A stretch of 64,000 nucleotides of DNA from Chrysomallon squamiferum (Eukaryota > Animalia > Mollusca). The notes beneath the pieces are model-generated. The model saw nothing but the letters and a program-made list of their open reading frames with translations. It made no database searches and was not told the origin of the DNA. Positions 23,751 through 36,849 of the stretch are shown here, one piece after another (position 1 is the stretch's first letter; the number at the start of each line of letters is the position of its first letter). The position numbers and the translations under genes were made by a program. The stretch covers positions 13,454,001 through 13,518,000 of the forward strand of contig CM022676.1 of NCBI GenBank assembly GCA_012295275.1, read 5' to 3'.

Positions 23751-26389
23751 TAGAATTGGTGATAAGAAATAGGGAATGAAAACATTTGAGATTTTCTTTG
23801 CAAACACACATTTAATTTTAACACACTAAGATGTTATTTCCAATTCTCATCGTAGTTGGATAAATTTAATATGATAAATAAAAGTGAATAATTCTAAATA
23901 AATGTTATTACCTGAACTCGGTCTGTTATCTGACACCTTCAGCTTTTCATACTCAGGTGCATCACTTGATTGTAGACACTCGTACTGAGTTGTAGGTATT
24001 TGAGAATGTTCTATAAATTTATTAATTTACTATAAACTCTTTGTATACATCTCGAAAAACTATTTTTCTTGGATTCAGTTATATTTTTTAGAAAATATTT
24101 ATTACAGAAATTATTACGGAATTTGGAAAAAAAAATATTTAGGCGCTTATTTTTAATTCATTTACTTCATTTCAGTGTCTTTGAATTTAAAATACTGTTG
24201 TATATCAAACAAATCTAATAATGTTCTCTCAGTCTTGGTTGAAATTTCACTTTAGGAATATATATATATATAAAGAAAAAAGAAGTTAACTAAACATTTT
24301 TAGAAAACATATCTGAATTTTACTCTTGAATATTTCATCATTAAAAACAACCGGAAGAAGAAAACAACAACAGCTAAGAAGATATGCCAGTCATTTTGTC
24401 AGGATAAATGATATTAATTGCTCTATCCAGGGAAAATTATGTTTCGTCGGAGAACCGAATATCTGAACAAATTTCAGTATGACAAAGTAGACCTATAATT
24501 TATACTCTACAAATAATCTGTCGATAGCGAATGGTTTCGACGTCGACATAGGCAGTTTTTATGTCACCTGTAATTCGTTGCATTATTTTTACTTATTAAT
24601 TGTTCATGCCCTTCATGCACTGAACAAAATGTGTGTATACCTGACTATATATAACTCTCTGTCTCTCTGAGTGTATGGGTTTATGTATGAGGTGCGTTTA
24701 TGTATATGAAAAACTGGCATCTGACTTTATATTTCCGCGATAATCTTGACTTGTGTTTCAAGATCTATTTAGTTTGAATCGTTTCAAGTATTAACAAGAC
24801 AGCTTCTTCGAATGCTAAGTTTTCTAAAAAAGCATAATGGATTTCTTATTTTACCTGAGCGAACAGCTGTTTCCTGGACTGAATCCATAGACACATCTTG
24901 ATATCTGTGAAACATAATACGAAAAAAAAATACTGGTACCTTTTTCAAATATATTTGGTTTTAGTAGCATTTCATTAATGAGACAATCACATACTTTGCA
25001 GATACATTAATGTGAATGCAGCAATGAAGATATTTTATTAGAGGTTAATATATTTTCAATCCTGATACAGTTTAAAAGGAAAACTTACTTTAAACATGAA
25101 TGATATAATATAGTTATGCACTTTAGGCATACTAGTGTCTATATCAAACAATGTCTTTAGGTAATTTAGTAAACATACAATGAATATCTCTTATCATAGT
25201 AATATTCAGAAATATTTCAACACAGTACTCACGTGTGTGTTTCATTTCCATTTTTGCTGTCTGAACCTGTAACATATATTTATAGTTGTATTTTAGAAGC
25301 TAAGTAAGTATTCTTACATTGAAATAATTGGATTTTATTTTTATTTTTAAACAACCAATGAAAAAAGAAAGAAACAATTATACAAATAAATAAATGAACA
25401 CACATACATACACACACATATAAAGTGATAGAAAAAAATATTAAAAATAAAAAATAAGAATGAAAGATATTTTTAAAATAAATAAAAACTACAATGAAAT
25501 AAATATAAAATATTCAAAACAATAAAACGATAACTAATGAATGAGTCTAAAATTTAACTGACTACGGATGGTGTAACCTCTTCTTCTCAAGATGAACAGA
25601 ATAATTATTGCAGGAAAGCAGAGCAGAAGTATTCCTACTACCAGACCAATTCCAATTCCAGTTCCAAGTGTTGCCATGGACGAAGATTCTTCTGTAGTAA
25701 TTATAATAATAAGTTCAACTCCATAAATCATTTATCAGCATTAACATTTAATTTTGCTTTATATTTATTTTTTTAATTATTATTTTTTTTCTTCTAACAT
25801 TTTTCATTAAATAACGTAAATAGTTCGGATTAAGTGAGATTCAACAAAACCTGTTTAAATGTTGTGTAAAAAAAAAAATAATAATAATAAAAAAAAATAA
25901 TAATAATAATAATAATAACAATAATAATAATAATAATAATAATAATAATCATAAATAAATATATAAATAAATAACAATTTTGCTGAAATTTTAAATGGAG
26001 AATTGAAAACTATATATATATTTTACTTACTAAAATTTATTGTTGTTAAAGTGGTACAAACAGTCAAACAGTAACGGCTGTCAGTTTTATTTGCAGAAGA
26101 GTAAATTTTAAAGTGGTAGGAAGAATTGGACTTGAGATGAGAAATGAGTAAAGAAAAAGTCTTGTCGTGTGTCTTATTGTCTGACACTTGCAGACTGATA
26201 GACTGGTCTTCAGTAGACAAGCGTTGTTCAACAGTGAATCTAGTGAACTTGTTTGTGTTGTACTTCCACTTGAGATCTACTGAAGTTTCTAACACATTTG
26301 TGCAGTAACACCATTCAGGAGCTGATTCAAGAACTAAAACGTGAAAAAGGATTTATGTGTTTTAATTTCATCCGCAATATATTTAAATA

Positions 26390-26451
<62 letters not shown>

Positions 26452-26991
26452 ATATATATATCTATCGACACAATCGCATGCACATTTTAGTAAAGTCATA
26501 ATATAAACATTGACATTGGCTAATTCTCATAGGTATGGAAACAATAACAAAATCAGTTGCATTTGCTAACAAAGGTGACATGAAAAAAGTGTAAATGAAG
26601 TTACCTGTAACTATGACACTGGCAGATCCTGACATTGAAGTGTTAAAAGAAGTTTTTGAAGTTGCTGAACACGTGTACTCTCCTTGGTCTGACTGTTGAA
26701 ATGAGGAGATTTGAAACAGAGAACTGTCAGTGAGGTGTTTTGTACCAGTTCGCCATTCAAATACAACACTGTCTGGATTGCTGTCAGCTGTACAGCGTAG
26801 TATCACAAGTTTTCCCAGTTCAACTCTGATGTGACTCTCTGATAAAATTCTCACTCTGGGAACATCTACTCAGTTGTGAATAAAGGCAAAGTAAAAACGA
26901 AATTAAGATTCATATATTTGTATACATACTCTAAACATAACATTACATAACTAAAGTGAGAGTATTTATTTATTTGTTTGTTTTATTATTC

Positions 26992-27050
<59 letters not shown>

Positions 27051-27843
27051 TTGTTGTAAACTTAATTTTGATTCCTTTCTTTATAACGTGATGTAATGAA
27101 AATAATATAAATATGAATTTCCTTTTTTTTTCTGAGAGGCTACACTAATTTAAACAGTAAACACTCAGAAATTCTCTTGATGTATTAAAATCACATGAAA
27201 AAAAAAAGAGAAAAGAAAATAGCTCATAATCGCATGAACATCTTTTAAATTTCAAATAACAAGAATATCTTAAAATCATCCTTCAAAAACAACATTTTAA
27301 TACTCACAGTAAACATTTAGTGTTTTATTTTCAGATGACTTTGGATCATTTTTGTGGAGTGTGAAGTTATTTGTAGCCTGACACATAAATGTCTGTCTGT
27401 TGTCTGTGTAGGACAGATTTTTGAACAGCCAGTAGGAGTTTGTGTGAGTGGAATCTTTCACTCCGTTTTTAAACCAGACAATCACAGCTGGAGGATTTCC
27501 TCTGTCAGACACTGCACAAGTCAGCTTTCTACTCTGACCTTCTAACCACGGAAAACTCAAACTTGGAGCCAGGTCTGGAGATGATGGTGGATCTAAATAA
27601 AACATGATAAAGAATTTGTTAAAATGTCTACTTAAAAACCTTAAGAATAATAAAAAATAAATGGAAAAAAACTAAGAAAAAATCACTACCAAATTATTAA
27701 ACTGTTCTAATCATTATTTTTGTTATCTTTCTGTGTTTTTACTGTTGCTTTCGTCAGTGTTACTGTTATTAATATTATTATCATCATAATCATTATCATC
27801 ATCATCAGTATAATTGTCATTACAATTATCATCATTATCATCA

Positions 27844-27890
<47 letters not shown>

Positions 27891-28453
27891 GTTATTATTG
27901 TTAAATACTTACAGTACACAGTGAGTGTTTCAGTGTCTATGAGATTATATCTGTGAGTCTGGTGAACTGCACTGCACTGACAAGTCTTAGAGTTGAGATT
28001 TCTTGTAACTGTAAAAGACAAATCTACAAAAACACTGTTTTCATCTCTCTCAGATGAAGTTTTCCTGTGATCTGTGTCACAAGACAGACTTACTGATGTC
28101 ACTAGATGTTTACCACCTGACACAACACAGCGAATGTTCAGTGTGTCTCCTTCATAAATCACTTGTCCTGTCTTGTATCCTCTTATTTCTGGAGGATCCA
28201 CAGGTGGATCTGAAAACAAAATTGTTATTATCTGTTTTGTTAATTTTCACGATGTTTTTCACAGGACAGTCAACACTGTGTACACATTCCAGGGTGTATG
28301 TGATCACATCTCACACAGCTTATCCTTATTCTTAATTTCAATGAATGAGTTAAATACATCTAGATTGTGTTTGAGTCCGATCTATGCTAAACAAATCATA
28401 TTATGGCACCTGAACCTAATTCTATCCAAAACAAGTAAATATTCAAAATCAGT

Positions 28454-28507
<54 letters not shown>

Positions 28508-31500
28508 GTTGTTGTTGTTGTTATTGTTATTATTAGTATATAATATTTTACACTGTACTCACAAATCAAACTCAGTGTAGTTTTTGTTTTTGAGTTTTGT
28601 TCAGGTATCTGAGAATTCTGTGTTTCACACTCTATTTCATCTCCATCTTGATACCACTGTGGAACCAAAACCAGATTCTGACTAAACAGCTTTCCTCCAT
28701 CACGAGCGTCTTGTTGTCTGATTGGTTCGTTTGAAATCAGAATCTGACCACTAGTGAGATTTCTCCAAGTAAAGTTCACACTGGGACTTGATGATGCACT
28801 AATACAGGTCAAGGTCAATGTTTTGATTCCATCAGCATCAAAATCTGCTTGGTTGCCAGTTATATCAGTTCTATCAGGATCAACTAAAATTTATAACATT
28901 ATAAGACTATACTGGTTCTTTAATCTTAGAAAATGGAAAAAAAGATGTGAAAACAAAAAAAGAAGTAGAGGATAACAATTAAACTGTGTTAGTAAATTAT
29001 AAAATGTCACAAATAAATTCATTTTCTTTAAGAATAATCTTATTTTGTGTCGCTCTTACTTTTTAATAAAATTAAAAAATATTTAAAAAAATTAAAAATA
29101 AATAAAATAGAAAAAAATAAATATACAATAAATTCTGAATAAAAGAATTACAAACAGATAAAAAAAATGTTATTAAAGTTTTAACAATGTTATTGTAAAC
29201 CTACATGCTAGTTTTGTTGTAAATGTCAAGTTTCTGGTCTCCACGTAGTTTCTCACTTGACAAGTGTAGTTCTGATTGTTGTACTTTCTGTTAATAGATT
29301 TCAAGACAAGAGTTTGTGTGTGTGTGTCAGTTCCATCAGGAGTTACCCAGCTTACTGTGCCAGCAGGTGTTCCTACAAAAGTGGTGTTACACACACAAGT
29401 TCCACTCTGTCCTGACTCTATGTAAGTATCTGGACACTCACCACTTGTAAAAGGAAAGTCTGGTGGTCCTGTAAGTGAAAATTTTATATTATTAAAAATA
29501 TGTTAAATTTAATTGAATTAATAATTACCTGACTGTTAAATAAACATAGGAAAAATGTTATTTCAGTTCAGTTCTGTCACTTCTGAACCAGAATGAAGTC
29601 AAATATCTACAGAAATCTACTCTTCACATATTAGTTAGTGTATTCTATGTACAGTGAGAACAGTGATCATTCCTCTTTTCCTGTTAGTTTCATAATAATG
29701 AACGAAGTTTATAAAGGTTTTATTATAATACGATAATTTTGTTCATATAATAAAACTGATATGTAACAGAAATTATTAATTCAGTTAAATGCAGTGATCG
29801 TAATACTCCTGATACAATTTACTGATAATTAACAAGTAACAAAAAACTATTTCATTTTTAATACAAATAAATATTGTGAAATTTATGTTTTTTGAAACAA
29901 GAATCCCTTAAACTACCGACACTTAAAACACAATGGTATTCAATTCATACCTCTCAAGTTCAGCTGAAGTGAAAAATATTTTCATACTTTATTTAGTTTC
30001 ATTATCATATTAATATCTAAGCAGTATTAGAAAATAAAAATGTAAATTCAGGTTAAAGGTTTTTTTTTAATGCGGATTCTAATTTATTTATGATAATTAT
30101 TTAACTATATTTTCGGACAGTCCTAGTTTTTTCATGACATAACAAAATTTCACAACAGTGAATAATTATGAATATAATACAGTTTATGTTCAATCATGTT
30201 TTGTAATCTGTTTAACTCAAGTAACTGTACTAATAGAAATAAAAACGTACAGCAATGTTACAAGTACATTCACATAGAAATTACATGCACACACATACCA
30301 AACAGATATTTTAAAGAATCTTCATAATTATTTTGACTAAACTTTAAGATATGAATTACTGATGTGAATTTGCACTTTTAGCATTATGTTAATGTCAGTC
30401 ATATTTCATATGTTGAAATAAATGGGAGATTTCTAAATTTGTAAAAATAAAATAAATAATTTCTTTGAATTACTAATCCAATTTTGTTAGTTGAGTTGAC
30501 AACAGGGATACTTTGGTCAATCATCAAGTCATTTTCAGCAGCACAGAAAACTTTCTGACCATCATGATCTCTGCTGGCTGTGTACGTCACATTTAATGTT
30601 GTCAGTCTGTCAGTAGTAGTGGGAGATCCAGTGATGCTGACAGGAAGCTTGTTACTGTCTACGTACCACAAGATCTGTGAAACAGTCGGTGCTGGTTTGG
30701 CTCCATGTACAACACAGGTAAAAACAGCAGAGTTTCCCTCAGTGATGTTAAGTGAGTTTGGTCTTGATCCAGAAACTTCTGTGATTGTATAATTAACTGG
30801 AGCTGAATAATATAAATGAGGAAACACTGATAAACCTGGTACATTTATTTGTATTATTATACTGCAAATTCTAGATAAAAGTTATTATGTTTATGTCTAA
30901 TTAAAACAGTAAATATTAATATATTTGCAAGTGAACACTGTTATTAACATTTGACTTTCTAAAATTTTATGTAGAATAAGTATTTCAAAAATTAATTAAT
31001 CAGCTGCACAGTATTAACTGATTGTAAAGTCAAAAACATATGTATCATTCAGTTAATACTCTGAGCAGTCAAAGTTTATTTTTGAAGAATAACTAATAGA
31101 AATGAAAACAAAAATTCAGTATAAAATTACAAAGTGCTGTGCTTAAATGAATTATGATCAGTGTTTGAGCAAAAAAAAAGTTAAATCTCAGTTATCTACC
31201 TAACTGTATAAATAATAAAGATAAAATTATCACTTACTGTAAACTTGTAAATCTAAACTGTTGCTAACACTTTTATAATAGTTACATGTCCAGTCAGTTT
31301 CATCTAAAAGACTGACACTGTTTACTGTGAGATTGAAGAGTTTAGATGTTCCTATGTCACCAGAACATTTACAAGAGTAACCAGTATCAGAATCAACTTG
31401 TTGACAAGATGACAGAACTATACAAACAGTTTGTCCATTTCTTAGAAAGGCAACAGGTAAAGTGACGCTGCCAGATACAGAACACTGGAATGTGTAGCTT

Positions 31501-32707
31501 TGACTCAACATGGCAAAAAGAGAACCAGAAAGGTTTACAAAACCTAAAAAAATATTATAAATAATAAAGAATAAAATAACATTAAATTAAATTAAAGAAA
31601 GAAGAAAAATAGAAAGAAATGAAATTTTATTACTATCTATATCTATCTGTCTGTCGATATATATATACACACATACACACACTGAAACGTATACATAAAA
31701 CAAAAATAAATAATAAATAACTAAAGTAACTGTTTAAATAAATAAACATTTAATAAAAAATAAAGTGGTTTGATGTCTCTATTAATATTCCTTATTTGGA
31801 AATGATCTATGTATCCGTCTATCTTTGCATATTCTCTCTCCATGTCTTTTTCTCTGTGTGTGTGCGTGTGTGTGTTTCGTTTTGTAAGCAGCAGCTCACA
31901 TCTTTGTTTCCAAATTTTAAAAAGTCTGTAAATTCCGTTGTCCGTAGCTCCATTCATCCTCAGCCCTTGTCTAACAATGCGGCGTTGCTAGCCATTCTAA
32001 GTTTCGCGTTTTATTTCAAAATTATAATGTCACTTTACAACAGTGTATCTTTCGTTGACTTGGCAATCACTTACAATCTCACTTCTAATACCATGTATAA
32101 AGCTAATAGTGTAGCGTGTGTAATTTGTTTATTCACTCCTGTTACACTGTCTCAGGCCGCATGTTACACTGCGCATGTCTGTCAGTACCGTAGATCTTAC
32201 AACTAATGCACTTCACAGTATTAACATGTAAAAATTGACGAAGAAACTGGCATAAATGCAGAGAGACAGACATACAGATAGACTATGGACGAACAGACAT
32301 ATTTACATCAGATCAGTTGAAAATGAATTTGGAGCCGATATTATCGTAAATGTTATTAAGATTTTATTTATTTATAATGATAATAAACAATAAATAATAC
32401 AACTTCATTCTTTTGAATATCGATATCAAATAACGGTTTTCGTATTCAGGACCCGACTTTGGGTTTGTATATTCGGTCAATCTGTTTTCTGCTTCTTAAC
32501 CCTTATAAATCAGGTTTGGTTTATATTTAATTATGAAAAATTTATAGCCCTTAAAAAATAATTAATACCTGAAACTTATTTTGTAAGATTATTATCTGAA
32601 ACCCGATTATATATAGCATATGCAAATGTCTAGGAACTCTAAAAAAGACGGAGTTTCAAATCCTATGGTTTTAGTAATAGGTAACCACTGACTATAGAAA
32701 GAATAAT

Positions 32708-32756
<49 letters not shown>

Positions 32757-33185
32757 TACTAGAGTCCACACCTTTCATAAAATTTACTATTAATTAATAC
32801 AAAGCTGAAATATAACAAATCAAAACAAAAACCCCATATAACCAGTATTACCATCTTCACTGACAGTTAAAAAGGTTTTGTTCTATAGTCTTACAGAGAA
32901 CGGTTTTTGACAAATAACAAAAACGAAATTATTTTTAATTCACTGTACGAAACATGTAAAACACTCAGAAAACTTGAATATGCCTGTTTAATGTCACTAA
33001 AGTTATTTCACAAGGAAGAACCAAACAGTAATTATATGAAATAAATAACAAGTGTTGAGACTCGGAGTACAGGCTAGTGTTACATAAATGTCAGACGACT
33101 TTTCTAGTGTAAAACTTTAATCAAACTTACCTGTGCTGTATCTAATAATCGTAAGAAAAACAAGTAAATATCTCAACAGCGCCAT
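23579..33185 (-). CDS. Gene C: SP-7xIg-FN3-TM receptor with one ITAM; exons 33185-33131, 31543-31238, 30802-30464, 29468-29205, 28883-28563, 28209-27913, 27592-27308, 26865-26605, 26333-26031, 25691-25563, 25266-25233, 24904-24855, 24010-23912, 23604-23579
   Basis: Continuous frame from MALLRYLLVFLTIIRYSTG to GNVYENTV*. All splice sites are canonical except the donor after 30464 (GAAATT instead of GTAATT). Confidence 0.85.
23912..24010 (-). CDS. Gene C ITAM exon
   Basis: EHSQIPTTQ-YECL-QSSDAPE-YEKL-KVSDNRPSS: YxxL-x7-YxxL; tatag| acceptor, G|GTAATA donor. Confidence 0.87.
25563..25691 (-). CDS. Gene C transmembrane exon (TM type 2)
   Basis: ESSSMATLGTGIGIGLVVGILLLCFPAIIILFILRRRGYTIR. Confidence 0.88.
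26031..26333 (-). CDS. Gene C FN3-like exon, module f
   Basis: TSVDLKW...FTVE...ISHLKSNSSYHFKIYS; phase 1-1. Confidence 0.85.
26605..26865 (-). CDS. Gene C Ig exon, module e
   Basis: VILRCTADSNP...FEW...SDQGEYTCSA. Confidence 0.9.
27308..27592 (-). CDS. Gene C Ig exon, module d
   Basis: KLTCAVSDRGNPPAVIVWFKNG...FMCQATN; paralogue 63174-63458. Confidence 0.9.
27913..28209 (-). CDS. Gene C Ig exon, module c
   Basis: EGDTLNIRCVVSGGK...CQCSAVHQ; paralogue 63788->64000. Confidence 0.88.
28563..28883 (-). CDS. Gene C Ig exon, module b
   Basis: Near-identical to 476-796. Confidence 0.9.
29205..29468 (-). CDS. Gene C Ig exon, module a
   Basis: PPDFPFTSGECPDTYIESGQSGTCVC...W...YTCQV; near-identical to 1-213. 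Confidence 0.88.
30464..30802 (-). CDS. Gene C second Ig (C2-set-like) exon
   Basis: EGNSAVFTCVVHGAKPAP...ILWY...DHDGQKVFCAAEN; 339 nt; donor non-canonical. Confidence 0.82.
31238..31543 (-). CDS. Gene C N-terminal atypical Cys-rich V-like Ig exon
   Basis: YTFQCSV...FLRNG..VC..LSSC....GYSCKC....FNLTV....LDETDWTC; ttttag| and A|GTAAGT. Confidence 0.8.
33131..33185 (-). CDS. Gene C signal-peptide exon
   Basis: MALLRYLLVFLTIIRYST-G, G|GTAAGT. Confidence 0.87.
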
Positions 33186-33280
33186 TTTGAATAATGCGAA
33201 TAAACTTGTTTCTTCCGGGTACACGAGTTGTACTTTATCTAGGTTAACTTACAGTGTCACTTTATTACTACAGCGCTCTA
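33186..33280 (-). promoter_or_regulatory. Conserved 5' cassette of gene C (CCGGAAG and AGATAA on the minus strand)
   Basis: CTTCCGG at 33212-33218 and TTATCT at 33235-33240; conserved with B and D. Confidence 0.5.
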
Positions 33281-33453
33281 GCTATAGTGTAGCGTCTATT
33301 TCTGTCTCAGTTGTATAAAGTTTATCAGTCGGACTTGAATTAATCATTATAAAATAAAAACATGCTTATGACATTAAGGGAAAGAGGAATTACAGTGAAC
33401 AACTTTACCTCTGTAATCATACCAGTCTCTAATAAATAAATAAAAGATAAATA

Positions 33454-33497
<44 letters not shown>

Positions 33498-34039
33498 TAA
33501 TGATGATGATGATAAAATGATGATTTGCAAAAGAATTTCGCTGTGGCCACTGTTTAGATATATTCACTCTCACATATATTCACTAGAAACTATTTCTGTA
33601 GTACCAGCTGAAGTAAAGTTATGAATTTTCAAATATTATTATTATTATTATTATTATTACTGATGTAGCGCAGCTGAATGATGTTTTAACTTTGGTTTCA
33701 CATATCAATGTTAAATACACTTTGCACAGTCATGAAAGAAAAACGAGACTGAGTATTTGGAATACAAGGAATGATATAATTATTATGAAGCATGCTTTGT
33801 TAGAGACAATCACACTTCAGAACGGTGTCTATGAGAATCGAGGTATTTTAAAAATGGCATTTATTTAAAAAGATCGACAATTGTAGTTATGAGTCAACAT
33901 TGTATTTTCCGAAATGAAAATCATTTTTTAAAATATTCAAATACGTTGCATACTGTAATATTTACCTCATTCGGAACAGTTTAGTTAAAGGTGGGTTTTC
34001 ACAGCACGATTCACTTACTTGTCATATATATGTCGTGCA

Positions 34040-34400
34040 GTTAATATAATTATATAGTGACAAAACTTTAAGTTGTTTGAACACAAAACCAGCTGTAAAA
34101 GGGACACAAACTGAATGAATGGTTTGCGTTTTGTGACATGATTCTTATCCCAGTAATTTTGAGTGTGTTGTGACTAAACTTCTTTTCTACGGGTGAATGA
34201 GTTGTCTCTCTGTACGTTATCTTTTTGTGTCACGTTATTACTACAGCGCTCTCTCTATTATAGACAGACTACTTCTTTCTGACTTATATAAAATTATTCT
34301 GTGTCAGTCTAGTGTTAGCTATGAAAATTAATTAAGCACATGTTTATAGAATGAAGGGAAGTACGTATTATAGTATCATTGTTTCATGACTGTTGCGGAA
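34040..34400 (-). pseudogene. Degenerate extra copy of the promoter/intron-1 cassette with the signal exon lost
   Basis: TGACTAAACTT...TGTGTCACGTTATTACTACAGCGCTCT and CACAAAACCAGC match the cassettes at B, C and D; no intact MALLRY exon. Confidence 0.55.
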
Positions 34401-35070
34401 TTATAGTTTGGTTTATTATATTCTTTCTCTTTGTCACTTGAGTTCTCTTCATCTTACATAACGTATTATATTTATGATACTCGTTCCATGTGACGTGTTT
34501 GTGTTTGTATCATAATACGAAATTATTAAATTGACATGCACGTGTACACATTCTGGAAACATACATAAACTAGAAACTTTCTTTATAATGGACAATATAT
34601 TTTGTTTGAATTTTGTCTTTAAAAAAAAGCCCACACATATTCAATGGTACAAAGAGAAAATAAAAATAAAACCTTTTGTGTTTTGTTATAATTATAGAAT
34701 ATGCTTCTAGATCAGGCAAATTGTAATCTGAAGTTAACTTGAAAACGTTGTAAATATCAGACAAGAGTTGCATCCCTTTAAGTCTATCGTCTTGATAAGA
34801 GATTTATTAAACAAAAGTTACAACAAATCAAAGTCCTGAATTAGATGCTGTTTTAGTTTTGTATCGTTCTCAGCACATGAAAATCCATTGGTTATTCACA
34901 GGTTCAAGTCTCGGATAGTTTCGAACATATTCCACACTACCAGTCCAGACTGTCTCTAACAATCATGACAGAAACAAGTGAGTGTCCTATTAGCGCCTTT
35001 GTATATATTTGTTTTTTATCCGAGTAAACGCGTTGTACTCTGTCTAGGCCATCGTAACACATCATTATTA

Positions 35071-35189
<119 letters not shown>

Positions 35190-35248
35190 GAAATAGTTCC
35201 AGAGAGGTCCGAAAAATTTCATCTTTGTAATTTTAGATGTTGAATCAG

Positions 35249-35431
35249 TCACACTGTATTTTCATATACATTGCCTAGAAAGAAAGAAAGAAAGGAAAAG
35301 TAAATAAATAAAAAGAACAAAAACGATTTGGCATAAAAATAAATTGAAATAACTACAGAGACTCTGGATGCCCTGATTTCTAACACGTTTCAAAAATATG
35401 CTTATGATGATTATTATCATCGTCATCATTA

Positions 35432-35490
<59 letters not shown>

Positions 35491-36817
35491 TTCTATTGGT
35501 ATAAAAATCTCCTGATAACGAATAGGAAATAAAAACATTTTAGATTTTCTTTACAAATACAAATTTTATTTCAGCATAGTAATAAGTTATTATCAACTAT
35601 CATCGTAGTTGGATACATTTTAATATGATAAATAAAAGTGAATAATTCTAAATAAATGTTATTACCTGAACTCGGTCTGTTATCAGACACCTTCAGCTTT
35701 TCATACGCAGGTGCATCACGTGATTGTAGACACTCGTACTGAGTTGTAGGTATTTGAGAAAGTTCTATAAATTAATTAATATTTTCATATTACACATTTT
35801 CTTTGTACACATTGTGATAAAGTATTTTTCCGTTATATTTTCTAGAAAATATTTATTAAAGAAATCGTTACTGGAATTTGAAAAAAATATTAGGTGCTTA
35901 TTTCTAATTCATTTAATTTACTGCAGTTTCTTTGAGTTTATAACACTATTGTATATAAAACAAACTTTATAATATTCTTTCAGTCTTTGTTGAAATTACT
36001 TATTAATTGTTCAAGCTCTTCACTTCGAAGTGAATAAAATATGTGACTGTATGTAACTGTCTGCCTCTTTGTGTGTATGGGTTTATGCAGAAGATTCGTT
36101 AATGTGTATGAAAAATTGGCATCCGATTTTGAATTTCCGCAATCATCTTGACTTGTGTTGAATCGTTTGAATCGTTTTATGTATTAAAGAGACAAATTCT
36201 TTGCAAAGGAAAGTGCTCTAGTAAAACTAGGATATAAAAACGATATTCAAAACACTGGATTTCGTATTTTACCTGAACGAAAAGCTGTGTCCTGGACTGA
36301 ATCCATTGATACATCTTGATATCTGTGAAACATAATAAGAAAATTATACTGGTATCTCATTCAAGTATATTTGGTTTTAGTAGCATTGCATTAACGAGAC
36401 AATCACATACTTTGTAGACGCATTTATATTAGTGCGATAATGCACATATTTTACAAACAGTTAATATACTTTCAATCCTGATACAATTTCACAGCAAAAC
36501 CGGCTTTAAACATAAGTAATGATATAACATAGTTATGGACTTTAGACATACTAGTGTCTGTGTCAAAACAAGGTCTGTAGGTAATTTAGTAAACAGACAC
36601 TGAATATCTATTATAATAGTAGTAATCATAAACATTTCAAGACAGTACTCACGTATGTATTTCATTTTCATTTTTGCTGTCTGAACCTGTAACATATATA
36701 TACAGTTGTATTTTACAAGCTAAATAATAACTCTTACATTGAAATAATTGGATTTGGTTTTCTTTTTTAAACAACCAATGAAAAAAGAAAGATACAATAA
36801 TAAAAATAAATAAATGA

Positions 36818-36849
<32 letters not shown>

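Noticed and set aside
27707-28580. Poly-Ile/Leu hydrophobic ORF extensions resembling TM segments (also 63566-63998)
   Set aside because: They are (ATT/ATC/GTT)n intronic microsatellites downstream of canonical donors, not coding TM helices.
34890-35070. GGTTCAAGTCTCGG B-box-like motif suggesting a tRNA or SINE
   Set aside because: No cloverleaf or clear A-box; may be a SINE remnant but cannot be supported.
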